From: Myxococcota bacterium
GTDB taxonomy: Bacteria > Myxococcota_A > UBA9160 > UBA6930
Length of the DNA stretch: 64,000 bases
Assembly (NCBI GenBank): GCA_965223415.1
Contig: OZ245002.1
Location: 5,120,001 to 5,184,000, forward strand
Reading direction: 5' to 3'
Positions 45,077-54,525 of the stretch are shown piece after piece. Position 1 is the stretch's first letter. Every line of letters begins with the position of its first letter. The position numbers and the translations under genes are program-made. Under the pieces are notes generated by a model that was not told where the DNA came from, did no database searches, and worked only from the letters and a program-made list of their open reading frames with translations.

Positions 45077-45817
45077 ATGACGGCCGCCGATGCCGTGCTC
45101 CTGATCGGCGGCGGCCTCATCGCCGGCGTGGTCAACACCATGGCCGGTGGCGGCTCGATGCTCACGGTGCCGCTGCTCGTGCTGGTCGGCCTGCCCGGCA
45201 CGCTGGCGAACGGCACCAACCGGGTCGGCGTGCTGCTCCAGAACGGCGTGGCCTCCTGGGGCTTCTGGGCCCAGGGCGTGGGGGATCTGCGCCGGGCCGT
45301 GCCGGTGATCGGCCCGGTGGCCATCGGCGCCGCGACGGGTGCCGCCTTCGCGTCCCAGCTCCCCGACGACGTTTTCGAGCGGGCCTTCGGTGTGGTGATG
45401 CTGCTGCTCCTCGTGCCCGTGCTGCGGGGCCGGAGGGCGCCGCCGGCCGAGCCGCCGCCGGAGCGACCGGGCTGGCTACAGACCCTGGTCTTCCTGGCGA
45501 TCGGCCTCTATGGCGGTGCGTTCCAGGCCGGCGTCGGGTTCCTGCTGATCGCCGCCCTCTCCTTCGGGGGCCTCGACCTGGTGCGCGCCAACAGCGTCAA
45601 GGTAATGGTCAACTTCTGCTTCACCCTGCTCGCGGTGCCCATCTTCATCGCCGCCGACCAGGTGGCCTGGCCCGAGGCGCTGACCCTAGGCGCCGGCTTC
45701 GCCGCCGGAGGCGCCCTCGGCGCCAGGCTCGCAGTGAAGGGCGGCGAGCAGCTGATCCGCGCCGTCCTCACCGTCGCCGCCACCGCCCTCGCCGGCCGCA
45801 TGCTCGGCGTGTACTAG
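45077..45817 (+). CDS. Sulfite exporter TauE/SafE family protein
   Basis: AGVVNTMAGGGS, ANGTNRV, GLYGGAFQAGVG, ANSVK. Confidence 0.9.
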   Translation: MTAADAVLLIGGGLIAGVVNTMAGGGSMLTVPLLVLVGLPGTLANGTNRVGVLLQNGVASWGFWAQGVGDLRRAVPVIGPVAIGAATGAAFASQLPDDVFERAFGVVMLLLLVPVLRGRRAPPAEPPPERPGWLQTLVFLAIGLYGGAFQAGVGFLLIAALSFGGLDLVRANSVKVMVNFCFTLLAVPIFIAADQVAWPEALTLGAGFAAGGALGARLAVKGGEQLIRAVLTVAATALAGRMLGVY

Positions 45818-45912
45818 TGAGACGAGGGGACGTTCCTGACTGTCTCACTCCCGAGGGAGTACACCCATCCGCTTCGAGGAGTGAGACAGTCAGGAACGTC
45901 CCCTTGTCTCAC
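45817..45912. repeat. REP-like inverted repeat: 35-bp arms (34/35 match), 26-nt spacer, GGGGACGTTCCT core
   Basis: GTGAGACGAGGGGACGTTCCTGACTGTCTCACTCC (45817-45851) versus 45878-45912, between convergent genes. Confidence 0.93.
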
Positions 45913-46546
45913 CGTCCACCACGGCCATGGCGTCGGCGGCGGTACCGCCGCCTTCGGGGGCCGGCACCTCGGTAATGCGCTCGTCGACGTCGTCGTACTC
46001 CAGGCGCAGGGCGCGGCACATGGTGGCATGCATCTCGTAGAGGCAGACGACGTAGGTGAGCTCGAGGATCTCCTCCTCCGAGAGGCCCGCGCGCAGCGCC
46101 TCGAAGACGCCGTCGGGCGTGCGGCCGCCGTCCAGGACGAGGCAGTCGGTGTAGGCGAGGACGGCGCGCTCGAGCGGCGTGTAGCAATCGGCGGTGCTCC
46201 AGTGCGGAATCGCCGCCACCTGCTCCTCGCTGAGACCGACGGCCCGCGAGGCCTTGCAGTGCTGGGAGAAGACGAAGCGGCTGCCCCGGGCGAAGCCGGC
46301 GCGGGTCTGGCCCAGCTCGCGCAGCTTCGGGTCGAGCTCGCGCTCGGGGCTGCGATAGAAGCCGAAGCCGGCGACGGCGTGGTCGAAGGCATCCGGCACC
46401 CGCGCGAAGACCGGCCACCAGTCGCCCGGCGTCCCGGTCTCGGTGCCCGGCTCGTCCACCGGGTCGCGATCCCCAAAGAGCATCTGGAAGACCGGCTCGG
46501 CGGCCGGGTGGATCTCGGTGCGGCGGGCGGGGCGGATGCGCGGCAT
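45890..46546 (-). CDS. Carboxymuconolactone decarboxylase/AhpD family protein
   Basis: LDPKLRELG..RAG....S.FVFSQH, ERAVLAYTD, LSEEEILELT; AAGGAG RBS. Confidence 0.88.
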   Translation of the reverse strand: MPRIRPARRTEIHPAAEPVFQMLFGDRDPVDEPGTETGTPGDWWPVFARVPDAFDHAVAGFGFYRSPERELDPKLRELGQTRAGFARGSRFVFSQHCKASRAVGLSEEQVAAIPHWSTADCYTPLERAVLAYTDCLVLDGGRTPDGVFEALRAGLSEEEILELTYVVCLYEMHATMCRALRLEYDDVDERITEVPAPEGGGTAADAMAVVDGETRGRS

Positions 46547-46577
46547 GCTGGGGCTCCTTTCGGGAGCCCGCAGTCTA

Positions 46578-47387
46578 GTGCCGATCCGCCTCGAGAAGCC
46601 CGCCGACCACCCCCACGTCGCCCTGGTCACCCTGGACCGCCCGGAGAAGGCCAACAGCCTCGACCCGGGAATGCTCGCCGACCTGGCCGGCACCTGGCGC
46701 GAGCTCGCGGCGGACGACGCGGTGCGCTGCATCGTGCTGACCGGCGGCGGCGAGCGCGTCTTCTGCTCGGGCATGGACATGACGACCACCATCCCCATCT
46801 CCCAGGCCTTCGCCCGCGGCGAGCGCGTGGACGAGCGCAGCTTCGAGGGCCTGCGCAGCGTCGCAACGGCCCTGCTCGCGGGCTTCGACCTGGGCAAGCC
46901 GCTCGTCTGCGCCGTCAACGGCCACGCCCGCGCCGGCGGCTTCGACCTGATGCTGGCCTCGGAGCTCCGCTACGTGGCGCCCCACGCGACCTTCGCCCTG
47001 GAAGAAGTGGCTCTCGGCCTCTATCCCACCGGCAACGCCACCGTCGCCCTGCCCCGCCAGATCGGCTGGGTGCACGCCCACGACCTGCTGCTGACGGCAC
47101 GCCCCATCGACGCGGAGCGCGCCCTGGCGGTGGGGCTGGTGAACGCCATCGTCCCGGCCGACCGGGTACTCGAGGCCAGCTTCGAGGCCGCCGACGCCAT
47201 CGCCCGCAACGCCCCCCTCGCCGTCCGCGCCACCCGCGCCGGCGTGCGCGAGATCCTCCCCCTCCCCCTGGAAGCCGCCTACGAGCGCCAGGAAGAGCTC
47301 GGCCGCCCCCTTCGCAAGACCGAGGACGCAAGGGAGGCCCAGCAAGCCTTCGTCGAGAAGCGCCGGCCGGCCTTCCGGGGTCGTTAG
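46578..47387 (+). CDS. Enoyl-CoA hydratase/isomerase
   Basis: LDRPEKANSL, FCSGMD, KPLVCAVNG..AGG, EV.LGL.P, AFVEKR.P.FRGR. Confidence 0.93.
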   Translation: MPIRLEKPADHPHVALVTLDRPEKANSLDPGMLADLAGTWRELAADDAVRCIVLTGGGERVFCSGMDMTTTIPISQAFARGERVDERSFEGLRSVATALLAGFDLGKPLVCAVNGHARAGGFDLMLASELRYVAPHATFALEEVALGLYPTGNATVALPRQIGWVHAHDLLLTARPIDAERALAVGLVNAIVPADRVLEASFEAADAIARNAPLAVRATRAGVREILPLPLEAAYERQEELGRPLRKTEDAREAQQAFVEKRRPAFRGR

Positions 47388-48784
47388 GCTCCCGAGCCCG
47401 GCTCGCCCACCGCGACGCTCTCGATCTGCTCGAGGGTGAGTCCCTTCGTCTCCGGGGCGTAGCGCATGACGAGGACGGCACCGACGATGGGCCCGAAGGC
47501 GACCACGCCGACGGACCAGGAAAGGCCGAGGGAGGCGACGAAGGTCCCGACCACCAGGGGAACGCCGATCTCGGTCACGCGCCCGAACAGGTTCGTCGTC
47601 CAGCCGTAGCCAGTGGCGCGGATCTCCGTTGGGAAGAGTTCCGAGGCGTAGACGTGGGTGGCCGTGTTCGCCGCGCCGAAGCCGAACACCGTGGCGATCA
47701 GGGTCATGTACTGCAGGGGCACGCTGCGTACCTGGAAGAGCAGGAAGATCGCGATGGCCGCGAAGACGTAGAGGCCGGCACACACGGGCTTTCGACCGAT
47801 GCGATCGATCAGGGAGCCGGCCACGAAGTGCCCGGCCACGCCGCCGCCGTAGCCCCAGAACAGGATGTCGCCTACCACGTGGGGCGAGAAGCCGAGCTCC
47901 TCCCGCACGTAGATCACCCAGAAGGCGACCGCCGGCGCGGTCACCAGGTGCACGCAGTTCCACAGCAGCATCACCAGCAGCGAGCGGCTCCGGTACTGGG
48001 GCTCGAAGGGGATCTGGGCATTCGCCCACTCCCGGCGCACGAGCTCGCGAAAGGGCTCGCGGACCTCGTCCCGGCGGACCGCCTCGAAGCGCCGCGTTTC
48101 CCGCATGGCGAAACGCAGGCCGAAGACGATCACGAGCGGGATCCCGCCGAGCAGGTAGAGCACCCGCCAGTCCTCGCCGTCCACCGCCAGGCCCAGCCCC
48201 CGCTGCACCCACGCCACCACGGCCAGGCCGGTATCGCGCACCACGTTGCTCTCGGCGCCCTCGCCTTCGAGCAGGATGTAGGGGTGGAGCTTGGCGATCA
48301 CCATCACGCCGGCCGTGGCGAAGCTGGTAAGGATCGCGATCGCCCGGCCGCGCAGCCGCGCCGGGAACTCCTCGCCGACCATGATGATCGCCAGGGCGTA
48401 CTCGGCCACCAGGAAGAGTCGGGCCCAGAACTGGAAGAAGGCCAGCTCCACCATGCTGTCGGCAAAGGCCGTCGCGGCGTTGAAGACCGCGAAGCCGACG
48501 ATCGTCGTCATCATCAGTGTCCGCCGGCCGAAGCGATCCGCGAACAGCAGGAACAGGAACGAGCCCACGGCCCCCGCCCGGGTGACGGCGAAGAGCCAGC
48601 TCCACTGGTCGAGGCCGATGCCGAGGGTCTCGCGCACGTCCGGCGCCGCCACCGTGAGCATCGCCGAGTCGAAGCCGTCGAACAGGGTGGCCGTCGAGAG
48701 CAGGAAGAAGAGAAAGACGAGATAGCCGTCGACGCCGCCGGCCTCGAGGGAGGAGCGGCCCGCCTGCGATTCGTCCGGGCGCAC
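47384..48784 (-). CDS. MFS transporter (aromatic acid/sugar porter-like)
   Basis: FDGFD, ADRFGRR, EEFPARLRG, RETRRF, SELFPTEIR, PETKGLTLE. Start supported by TATCCT 6 nt upstream. Confidence 0.9.
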   Translation of the reverse strand: MRPDESQAGRSSLEAGGVDGYLVFLFFLLSTATLFDGFDSAMLTVAAPDVRETLGIGLDQWSWLFAVTRAGAVGSFLFLLFADRFGRRTLMMTTIVGFAVFNAATAFADSMVELAFFQFWARLFLVAEYALAIIMVGEEFPARLRGRAIAILTSFATAGVMVIAKLHPYILLEGEGAESNVVRDTGLAVVAWVQRGLGLAVDGEDWRVLYLLGGIPLVIVFGLRFAMRETRRFEAVRRDEVREPFRELVRREWANAQIPFEPQYRSRSLLVMLLWNCVHLVTAPAVAFWVIYVREELGFSPHVVGDILFWGYGGGVAGHFVAGSLIDRIGRKPVCAGLYVFAAIAIFLLFQVRSVPLQYMTLIATVFGFGAANTATHVYASELFPTEIRATGYGWTTNLFGRVTEIGVPLVVGTFVASLGLSWSVGVVAFGPIVGAVLVMRYAPETKGLTLEQIESVAVGEPGSGA

Positions 48785-48842
48785 GGCGGCAGGATAGGTG
48801 AGGGCTGTTACCCTCCGCCCCCTTTCCGACGAGGAGGTCTCG

Positions 48843-49595
48843 ATGGGACGATTCGACGACAAGGTGGCGCTCCTGACCGGAGCCGCCTCGGGCATCGGCC
48901 GCGCGACGGCGCTCCAGCTCTCCTCCGAAGGCGGGCGGATCTTTGCTGTGGACGTGAACGAAGCAGGTCTCGCGGAGACCGCCGATCGGGTCCGCAAAGG
49001 GGGCGGCGAGATCGAGGTGGCCCGCTGCGACGTGCGCGAGCGCCAGGCCTGCTTCGACACGGTGGCCGCCGCCGCGGCCCGCTTCGGCCGCCTCGACGTG
49101 CTCGGCAACATCGCCGGCGTGAACCGCTTCACCCACTTTCACGAGATGGACGCGGAGACGTGGGAGCTCCTGCGCGGCGTCAACCTGGACGGCGTGATCT
49201 ACATGACCCAGGCCGCCATCCCGCACCTGCTGGAGAGCGAGGGCAGCGTGGTCAACATCGCCTCCCAGGCCACCTTCATCGGCCAGGCCTACACCGGCGG
49301 CTACTGCGCCACCAAGGGCGCGGTTGGCCAGCTGACCAAGGCCCTGGCCATGGAGTACGCCCGAAAGAAGGTCCGCTTCAATGCGATCGCTCCCGGCGGC
49401 GTCGACACGGAGATGAACGAGACCCTCCAGCTTCCGCCGGAGGTGAACGGCAAGCTGATCCAGCGCTTTGCCTCCTTCCGGGGCGCCTGCCCGCCGGAGG
49501 AGATCGCACGGGTGTTCGCGTTCCTGGCGTCCGGCGAGTCGCCCTACACCCACGGCGCCATCTGGCCCGTCGACGGGGGAACGACCGCCGGCTGA
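48843..49595 (+). CDS. Short-chain dehydrogenase/reductase
   Basis: TGAASGIG, NIAG, YCATKG, NAIAPG, VDGG; GAGGAGG RBS. Confidence 0.95.
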   Translation: MGRFDDKVALLTGAASGIGRATALQLSSEGGRIFAVDVNEAGLAETADRVRKGGGEIEVARCDVRERQACFDTVAAAAARFGRLDVLGNIAGVNRFTHFHEMDAETWELLRGVNLDGVIYMTQAAIPHLLESEGSVVNIASQATFIGQAYTGGYCATKGAVGQLTKALAMEYARKKVRFNAIAPGGVDTEMNETLQLPPEVNGKLIQRFASFRGACPPEEIARVFAFLASGESPYTHGAIWPVDGGTTAG

Positions 49596-51912
49596 GGGCC
49601 GGCGGTGCCAGGGTCCGCACCGGGAGGTCGGGCCCGAGCCCGACGACGACCGCGCCGTCCCGTCCGGTCCATTGGAAGCCGGCGCCGGCTGCGGCGGCGG
49701 CAGCACGCACCTCCGCATGCGGAAAGCCGAAGCGCGAGCGGCGGGGCGCGGAGGCCACCGTGAGCCGGGGCGCCACGGCATGGAGCCAGGCGGCCCCGGA
49801 CGAGGTGCGGCTGCCGTGGTGGCCGAGCAGCAGCACCTCCGATCGCAGCTCCAGGCCGCGGGCGAGGAGCGCCCCCTCCTGGGCCCGCGGGAGGTCGCCG
49901 GGCAGCAGGACGCGCCGGCCTGCGACCTCGACGCGAAGCACCAGGGAGCCTTCGTTGCGAACAGACGCCCGGAAGCCGGGCGCCGGCCACAGCACCTCCA
50001 CCCGGGCACCGGGGATCGCGAGCGGCGCTCGGCCGAGCCGCGGCGACTCCACGCGCACGTTCCGCGCCCGAGCGACGTCGAGGAGCTCCCGGAAGGCCGG
50101 ATCGCCGGGGTCGGAGAGCCAGAGCCGCTCGCAAGGCACGGCGCGCAGCACGGCGGGAAGCCCACCCCGGTGGTCCGCGTCGGCGTGGCTCGCCACGACC
50201 AGGTCGAGGCGACGCACGCCGAGCGCCGCCAGTGCCGGGAGCACGACGCTGCGCCCGCGATCGAAGCGCCCGGGCGCGGCGGCGCCTCCGTCGACGAGGA
50301 GGTTGGCCCGGCCGGTCTGCACGAGGATGGCGTCGCCCTGGCCGACGTCCAGGAACACGACACGCGGCGGCGCGGGCTCGAAGCTCGGAGCGGGCCCGAG
50401 GACCAGCATGGCCACGACGACGAGGGCGGCGAGCACCCGCCCACGGGTGCGCCCGCGGAAGAGCGCAACGGCGCCGATTCCCAGGGTCGCCGCCACCACG
50501 AGGGGCGCCGGGCGTACCCGAGGCGTGGGCGGGAGGCCCGCCGAGAGCCCGTGGGCCGCGCCGAGCAGCCAGCCGGCGACTGCCGCGAGCCCGTCCACGG
50601 CGGGGCCGGCCGCCGCCCACGGCGCCAGCAGCGCCGCCGCCAGGGCGAACGGAAGCAGCACGCCCACGAGCGGAACCGCCACCAGGTTCACCAGCAGCCC
50701 GAAGGGCGCGACCCGGCCCAGGTGCAGTGCCGCCAGAGGCGCGGTGGCGAGCAGCGCTGTCGCCGTGACGTTCACCAGCGCCCGAGCCCGACCGCGCAGC
50801 CCGGCGGCCTCCGGCGCGGAAGACCGGCTCAGGGCCGTGGCCGCGGCGAAGGAGAGCTGGGCGCCCGGGGAGAAGAGTGCACCGGGCTCGGCCAGGAGAA
50901 GCAGCGAAGCCGCGGCGACCAGCCCGTGCAGGGTCGGCAACGGCCGCCGCCGAAGGGCGGCCAGGGAGAGGGCCGCCAGCAGGATCCAGGCGCGCCTCAC
51001 CGGGAGCTGGGCGCCGGTCAGCAGCGCGTAGCCCGCGGCGACGAGGAGCGCGCCGGTCAGGGCGAGGCGGCGTGCGTCTCCCGCTCGCGGCGGCGGCAGG
51101 AACGCGCGCAAGGCGGCGAACACCAGGCCCGCCACCAACGTCAGGTGCAGGCCGGACACCGCGAGCAGATGGGCGAGGCCCAGCTCGGCGACGGCGTCGC
51201 GGGTCTCCGGTGCGAGCGCCCGCGCCTCCCCCAGCGCCAGCGCGGCCAGCAGGGCGCCGCCTTCGCCTCGGGCGAGGAGCGCATCCCGCCGCTCCCGGCG
51301 CCAGCGGGCGACGGCGCCGGGCGTGCACCGACCGCTCACCGGCACCTGGAGCCGCTCGTCCACGAGCCGGCCGCGGGCTGCGATGCCGTGGCGCCGCGCG
51401 CGGACCCGAGGGCTCGCCGTGCCCGGGTTGAACGAGGACGGAACCGGCCCGAGCCGAAGGCGCAGCCGCAGCCGGCACCCGACGGGCCGGTCGGCCAGCG
51501 GCAGGCTCGCGAAGTCCGCGCGCTCCGGCGGCGAAGCGCCCTCACCTTCCGGCCCGGTCCACACCTCGATCCGTTCGGGGACCGGCTTCCCGTCCTCGGC
51601 GCGCATCCGGCCGAGCACCACCCGCGCCCGGGAGCCGCGACGCTCCACGAGCTCCACGTCGGCCTCGACCACCCGCTCGGCCGCCGCGACCGGCACGTGC
51701 CGGTCGGCCGAGGCGAGGACCGAGCCCAGCGAGAGCAGCCCCGCGACGGCGCCCAGCAGGACGACGGCGCCACGCCGCCCCCACGCACCGAGTCCCCATG
51801 AGAGCGCCGCCCCGTGAAGGCCGGCGACCAAGCCCGGGCCGATCGGGGCGCCCGCATCGGCCAGCAGCAGCCCGGCGACGTGGCCGCCGAGCCAGAGCGG
51901 AAGGAACGGCAA
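49378..51912 (-). CDS. comEC: DNA uptake channel ComEC/Rec2
   Basis: HLLAVSGLH, QLSF, NLVAVP competence domain; DVGQGDA, SHADADH.GG, HHGS metallo-beta-lactamase domain. The 3' tail overlaps the SDR gene. Confidence 0.92.
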   Translation of the reverse strand: MPFLPLWLGGHVAGLLLADAGAPIGPGLVAGLHGAALSWGLGAWGRRGAVVLLGAVAGLLSLGSVLASADRHVPVAAAERVVEADVELVERRGSRARVVLGRMRAEDGKPVPERIEVWTGPEGEGASPPERADFASLPLADRPVGCRLRLRLRLGPVPSSFNPGTASPRVRARRHGIAARGRLVDERLQVPVSGRCTPGAVARWRRERRDALLARGEGGALLAALALGEARALAPETRDAVAELGLAHLLAVSGLHLTLVAGLVFAALRAFLPPPRAGDARRLALTGALLVAAGYALLTGAQLPVRRAWILLAALSLAALRRRPLPTLHGLVAAASLLLLAEPGALFSPGAQLSFAAATALSRSSAPEAAGLRGRARALVNVTATALLATAPLAALHLGRVAPFGLLVNLVAVPLVGVLLPFALAAALLAPWAAAGPAVDGLAAVAGWLLGAAHGLSAGLPPTPRVRPAPLVVAATLGIGAVALFRGRTRGRVLAALVVVAMLVLGPAPSFEPAPPRVVFLDVGQGDAILVQTGRANLLVDGGAAAPGRFDRGRSVVLPALAALGVRRLDLVVASHADADHRGGLPAVLRAVPCERLWLSDPGDPAFRELLDVARARNVRVESPRLGRAPLAIPGARVEVLWPAPGFRASVRNEGSLVLRVEVAGRRVLLPGDLPRAQEGALLARGLELRSEVLLLGHHGSRTSSGAAWLHAVAPRLTVASAPRRSRFGFPHAEVRAAAAAAGAGFQWTGRDGAVVVGLGPDLPVRTLAPPALSRRSFPRRRARWRRGCRATRRTPGTRTPVRSPPAGRRPGRRQSAGSACRSPPAEAGGSRSSPCRRRRERSH

Positions 51913-52041
51913 CGCCGAGCCTCCCGGGACCGGGGCCCCCGAGCCTAGCGCGAGCGTTGGCTAGAGCCCGTCTCAAAAATGTCCAGCGTGCCCGTGTCAC
52001 CGAGGAAGGCCGGTACGCGTTTCACACTTGGGAGACCGGCT

Positions 52042-52383
52042 CTAGTGGAGCGTGCGGTCCTTCAGGTCGGACTGGGTGCGAAGCCGCACGACATAGGCCG
52101 CCAGGGTCTCGAGGGCCTCGTCGAGCTTGCGCAGCTCGTCGTGGAAGTCGCTCATCAGCTGCTGGATCTCGCCCAGGTCACGGGCGGTACGGCGCAGCTC
52201 CGGTTCGCCGTCCCGGTGCACGACGAAGGTGAGCACGGCGCCGGTCAGGAGGCTCTCGTAGGACTGGCCCCCGAGCTGGTCGGCCTGGGGCGCCAGGTGG
52301 GCGGCGAGGGTCTGCGAGACCGACGCGGGGACGCCGCGATCCTCCAGATCCCGCCGGATGCGATCGGCGCTGCGCTTCGACAT
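52042..52383 (-). CDS. Hypothetical helical/coiled-coil protein (113 aa)
   Basis: High-GC3 codons; EIQQLMSDFHDELRKLDEALETL coiled coil. Confidence 0.65.
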   Translation of the reverse strand: MSKRSADRIRRDLEDRGVPASVSQTLAAHLAPQADQLGGQSYESLLTGAVLTFVVHRDGEPELRRTARDLGEIQQLMSDFHDELRKLDEALETLAAYVVRLRTQSDLKDRTLH

Positions 52384-52521
52384 GCCCGGGCAAGGAGCAA
52401 ACGCCGTGCCGCCGGCCCGGCGACCGGCAGCCGCCGCGTGCATCCCCGCGGCGCAGCAAGGCCTTTCGGGCCGGCCCCGTCTCCTGGGCGCGTGATGCCC
52501 AGTGGGCGGCCCGTTCCCCAA

Positions 52522-54525
52522 TCACGGAACTCCGCTTCCACCTCCGTCTGGGTGCTCCGCAGCCCTTTCGCCGTCCGGGGCCGGCTCCGCCACGGGCTCC
52601 ACGGCCGCGTCGTCGGCAACGGGCTCGGCGGGAGCCGTCCCGCCTTCGTCCACGCTGGCGACGGCTCGGAAGAAGGCATGGATCCGGCGGGCGTCCTTCG
52701 GCGAGATGCCGGGCACCGCCGCGAGGGCCTCCGGCGTCGCCTCGCGTACCCGGCGCAGGGAGCCCAGCTCCCGCAACAGCGCCTTCCGCTTGCCGGGACC
52801 GATGCCCGGGATCTCCTCCAAGATCGAGGTGAGGCCGAGCTTCTGGCGCAAGGAGCGCTGGAACTCGACCGCGAAGCGGTGGGCCTCGTCGCGCACCCGT
52901 TGCAGGAGCAGGAGCCCTCGCGAGCTGGGCGAGAGCAGGACCGGGTTCACCCGGTTCGGCAGGAACAGGCGCTCGGCCTTGAGGCCGCCGGAGCGCTTCA
53001 CCCGTTCCGAGGGGCTCTCCTCGTCGCGTTCCTTGGCGATGCCCACGTGGCCCACCTCCAGGCCCGCGTCCTTCACGAGCGCCGTCACCACGGCGAGCTG
53101 CCCGCGACCGCCGTCCACCACGAGCAGGTCCGGGAGGGGGTCCTTCCCGACCTTCTCGAGCCGCCGGGCGATCACCTCGCGCATGCACGCCAGGTCGTCG
53201 CCGGCCGGTGCCTCCTGGATGCGGTAGCGGCGGTAGCCGCTCTTGTCCGGCAGGCCGTCCACGAAGGTGACGCGGCTCGCGACCGCCAGGGTGCCCTGCA
53301 GGTTGGAGACGTCGTAGCACTCGATGCGACGCGGGGCGGTGGTGAGGAAGAGCTTCTGCTCCAGCTCGGCCAGGGCCGCGTCGACGCTCTCGCGGTTCTC
53401 GAGGCGCCGGGCCAGGGCAAGCTCGGCGTTGCGCAGGGCCATCCCGACGAGCTCGCGGCCGGCGCCACGCTGGGGAACCCGGACCGCCACCTTGCGGCCC
53501 GCCCGCTCGCCGAGCAGTGCCTCCAGGGCCGGCTCGTCGCCGGCGGTCGCCGAGGCCAGCACCTCCGCCGGCACCTGGCGCTCGTGGTCGAGGCCGTAGT
53601 ACTGGCCCAGGAAGGAGCTCATGACGTCGCCGTCGTCGATGCGCACGTCCGAGAATGGGTACTCGGCGGAGCCGATCACCCGGCCCTCGCGGACGTGGAG
53701 CACCTGGACCAGGGCCTCGCCCTTCTTCCGCGCCAGGCCGAACACGTCGCGGTCCATCTGCCGGTCGCTCACGATCTGCTGGCGCTCCACCGTGTGCTCG
53801 ACGGCCTGGATGCGGTCGCGCAGCCGGGCCGCGTCCTCGAAGCGCTCGGCAGCGGCGGCCTCCTGCATTCGTCGCTCCAGAGCGGCGACGAGCTCGCCGG
53901 AGCGACCGCGCAGGAAGAGCTCGGTGCCCTGCAAGAGCTCCGCGTAGGCCTCGGGGGTGACCTTGTCGCAGCACGGGCCCGGGCAGCGGCCCATCTCGTA
54001 CTCGATGCAGGGGCGCCCCCGCCGTGCGTAGTCCTTGAAGACGCCGTCGCTGCAGGTGCGCAGCGGGAAGATCCTCCGCAGGTTCGAGAGCGCGTGCTTC
54101 ATGCCCGTCGACGAGGTGTAGGGCCCGAAGTACTGGGCGCCGTCGCGCTTGAAGCGGCGCACCATGGTGAGCCGCGGCCAGGTCTCGCGAGGGTCGAGAC
54201 GCAACGCGAGGTACTGCTTGTCGTCCCGCAGCCGGACGTTGAAGGGCGGCTTGTGCTGCTTGATCAGCTCGTTCTCGAGGAGCAGCGCGTCCTTCACGGT
54301 GGGCGTCACCAGCACGGCCACGTCCGCCACCCGCGAGACGAGCTTCGGCACCTGCACCCGCCCGTCGCCCCCGGCCTGGAAGTAGGAGCGCACGCGCGTG
54401 CGCAGGTTCTGGGCCTTGCCGACGTAGAGCACCTTCCCCCGGGCGCTCTTCATCAGGTACACGCCCGGGACGGCGGGCAGGCTCTCGATCCGCTCGGCCA
54501 GCCGCTCCTCGGCGGAGGCGGCCAT
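52522..54525 (-). CDS. uvrC: Excinuclease ABC subunit C
   Basis: PGVYLM..LYVGKA.NLR.RV.SYF, RIECYDVSN, VDGGRGQ, RDEAHRFA, HhH. Confidence 0.98.
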   Translation of the reverse strand: MAASAEERLAERIESLPAVPGVYLMKSARGKVLYVGKAQNLRTRVRSYFQAGGDGRVQVPKLVSRVADVAVLVTPTVKDALLLENELIKQHKPPFNVRLRDDKQYLALRLDPRETWPRLTMVRRFKRDGAQYFGPYTSSTGMKHALSNLRRIFPLRTCSDGVFKDYARRGRPCIEYEMGRCPGPCCDKVTPEAYAELLQGTELFLRGRSGELVAALERRMQEAAAAERFEDAARLRDRIQAVEHTVERQQIVSDRQMDRDVFGLARKKGEALVQVLHVREGRVIGSAEYPFSDVRIDDGDVMSSFLGQYYGLDHERQVPAEVLASATAGDEPALEALLGERAGRKVAVRVPQRGAGRELVGMALRNAELALARRLENRESVDAALAELEQKLFLTTAPRRIECYDVSNLQGTLAVASRVTFVDGLPDKSGYRRYRIQEAPAGDDLACMREVIARRLEKVGKDPLPDLLVVDGGRGQLAVVTALVKDAGLEVGHVGIAKERDEESPSERVKRSGGLKAERLFLPNRVNPVLLSPSSRGLLLLQRVRDEAHRFAVEFQRSLRQKLGLTSILEEIPGIGPGKRKALLRELGSLRRVREATPEALAAVPGISPKDARRIHAFFRAVASVDEGGTAPAEPVADDAAVEPVAEPAPDGERAAEHPDGGGSGVP

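Noticed and set aside
45060..45080. Six-codon mini-ORF (MTEPGP) whose stop overlaps the TauE-family start
   Set aside because: More simply explained by a short CCCATGAC duplication, and it has no regulatory codon content such as a Cys run.
45890..46546. Second AhpD/CMD gene as another selenoprotein
   Set aside because: No in-frame UGA at the redox motif (SRFVFSQH). Its terminal UGA lies in a repeat arm facing a convergent gene.
49378..49595. 218-nt convergent overlap of comEC with the SDR gene as dual coding
   Set aside because: The comEC tail beyond the beta-lactamase domain is low-complexity run-on, common where stop codons are rare.
45881..51031. 1716-aa plus-strand ORF and 1297-aa minus-strand ORF (46575-50468)
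   Set aside because: Shadow frames in very high-GC DNA. They overlap well-supported genes (CMD, enoyl-CoA hydratase, MFS, SDR, comEC) and contain no domain motifs.
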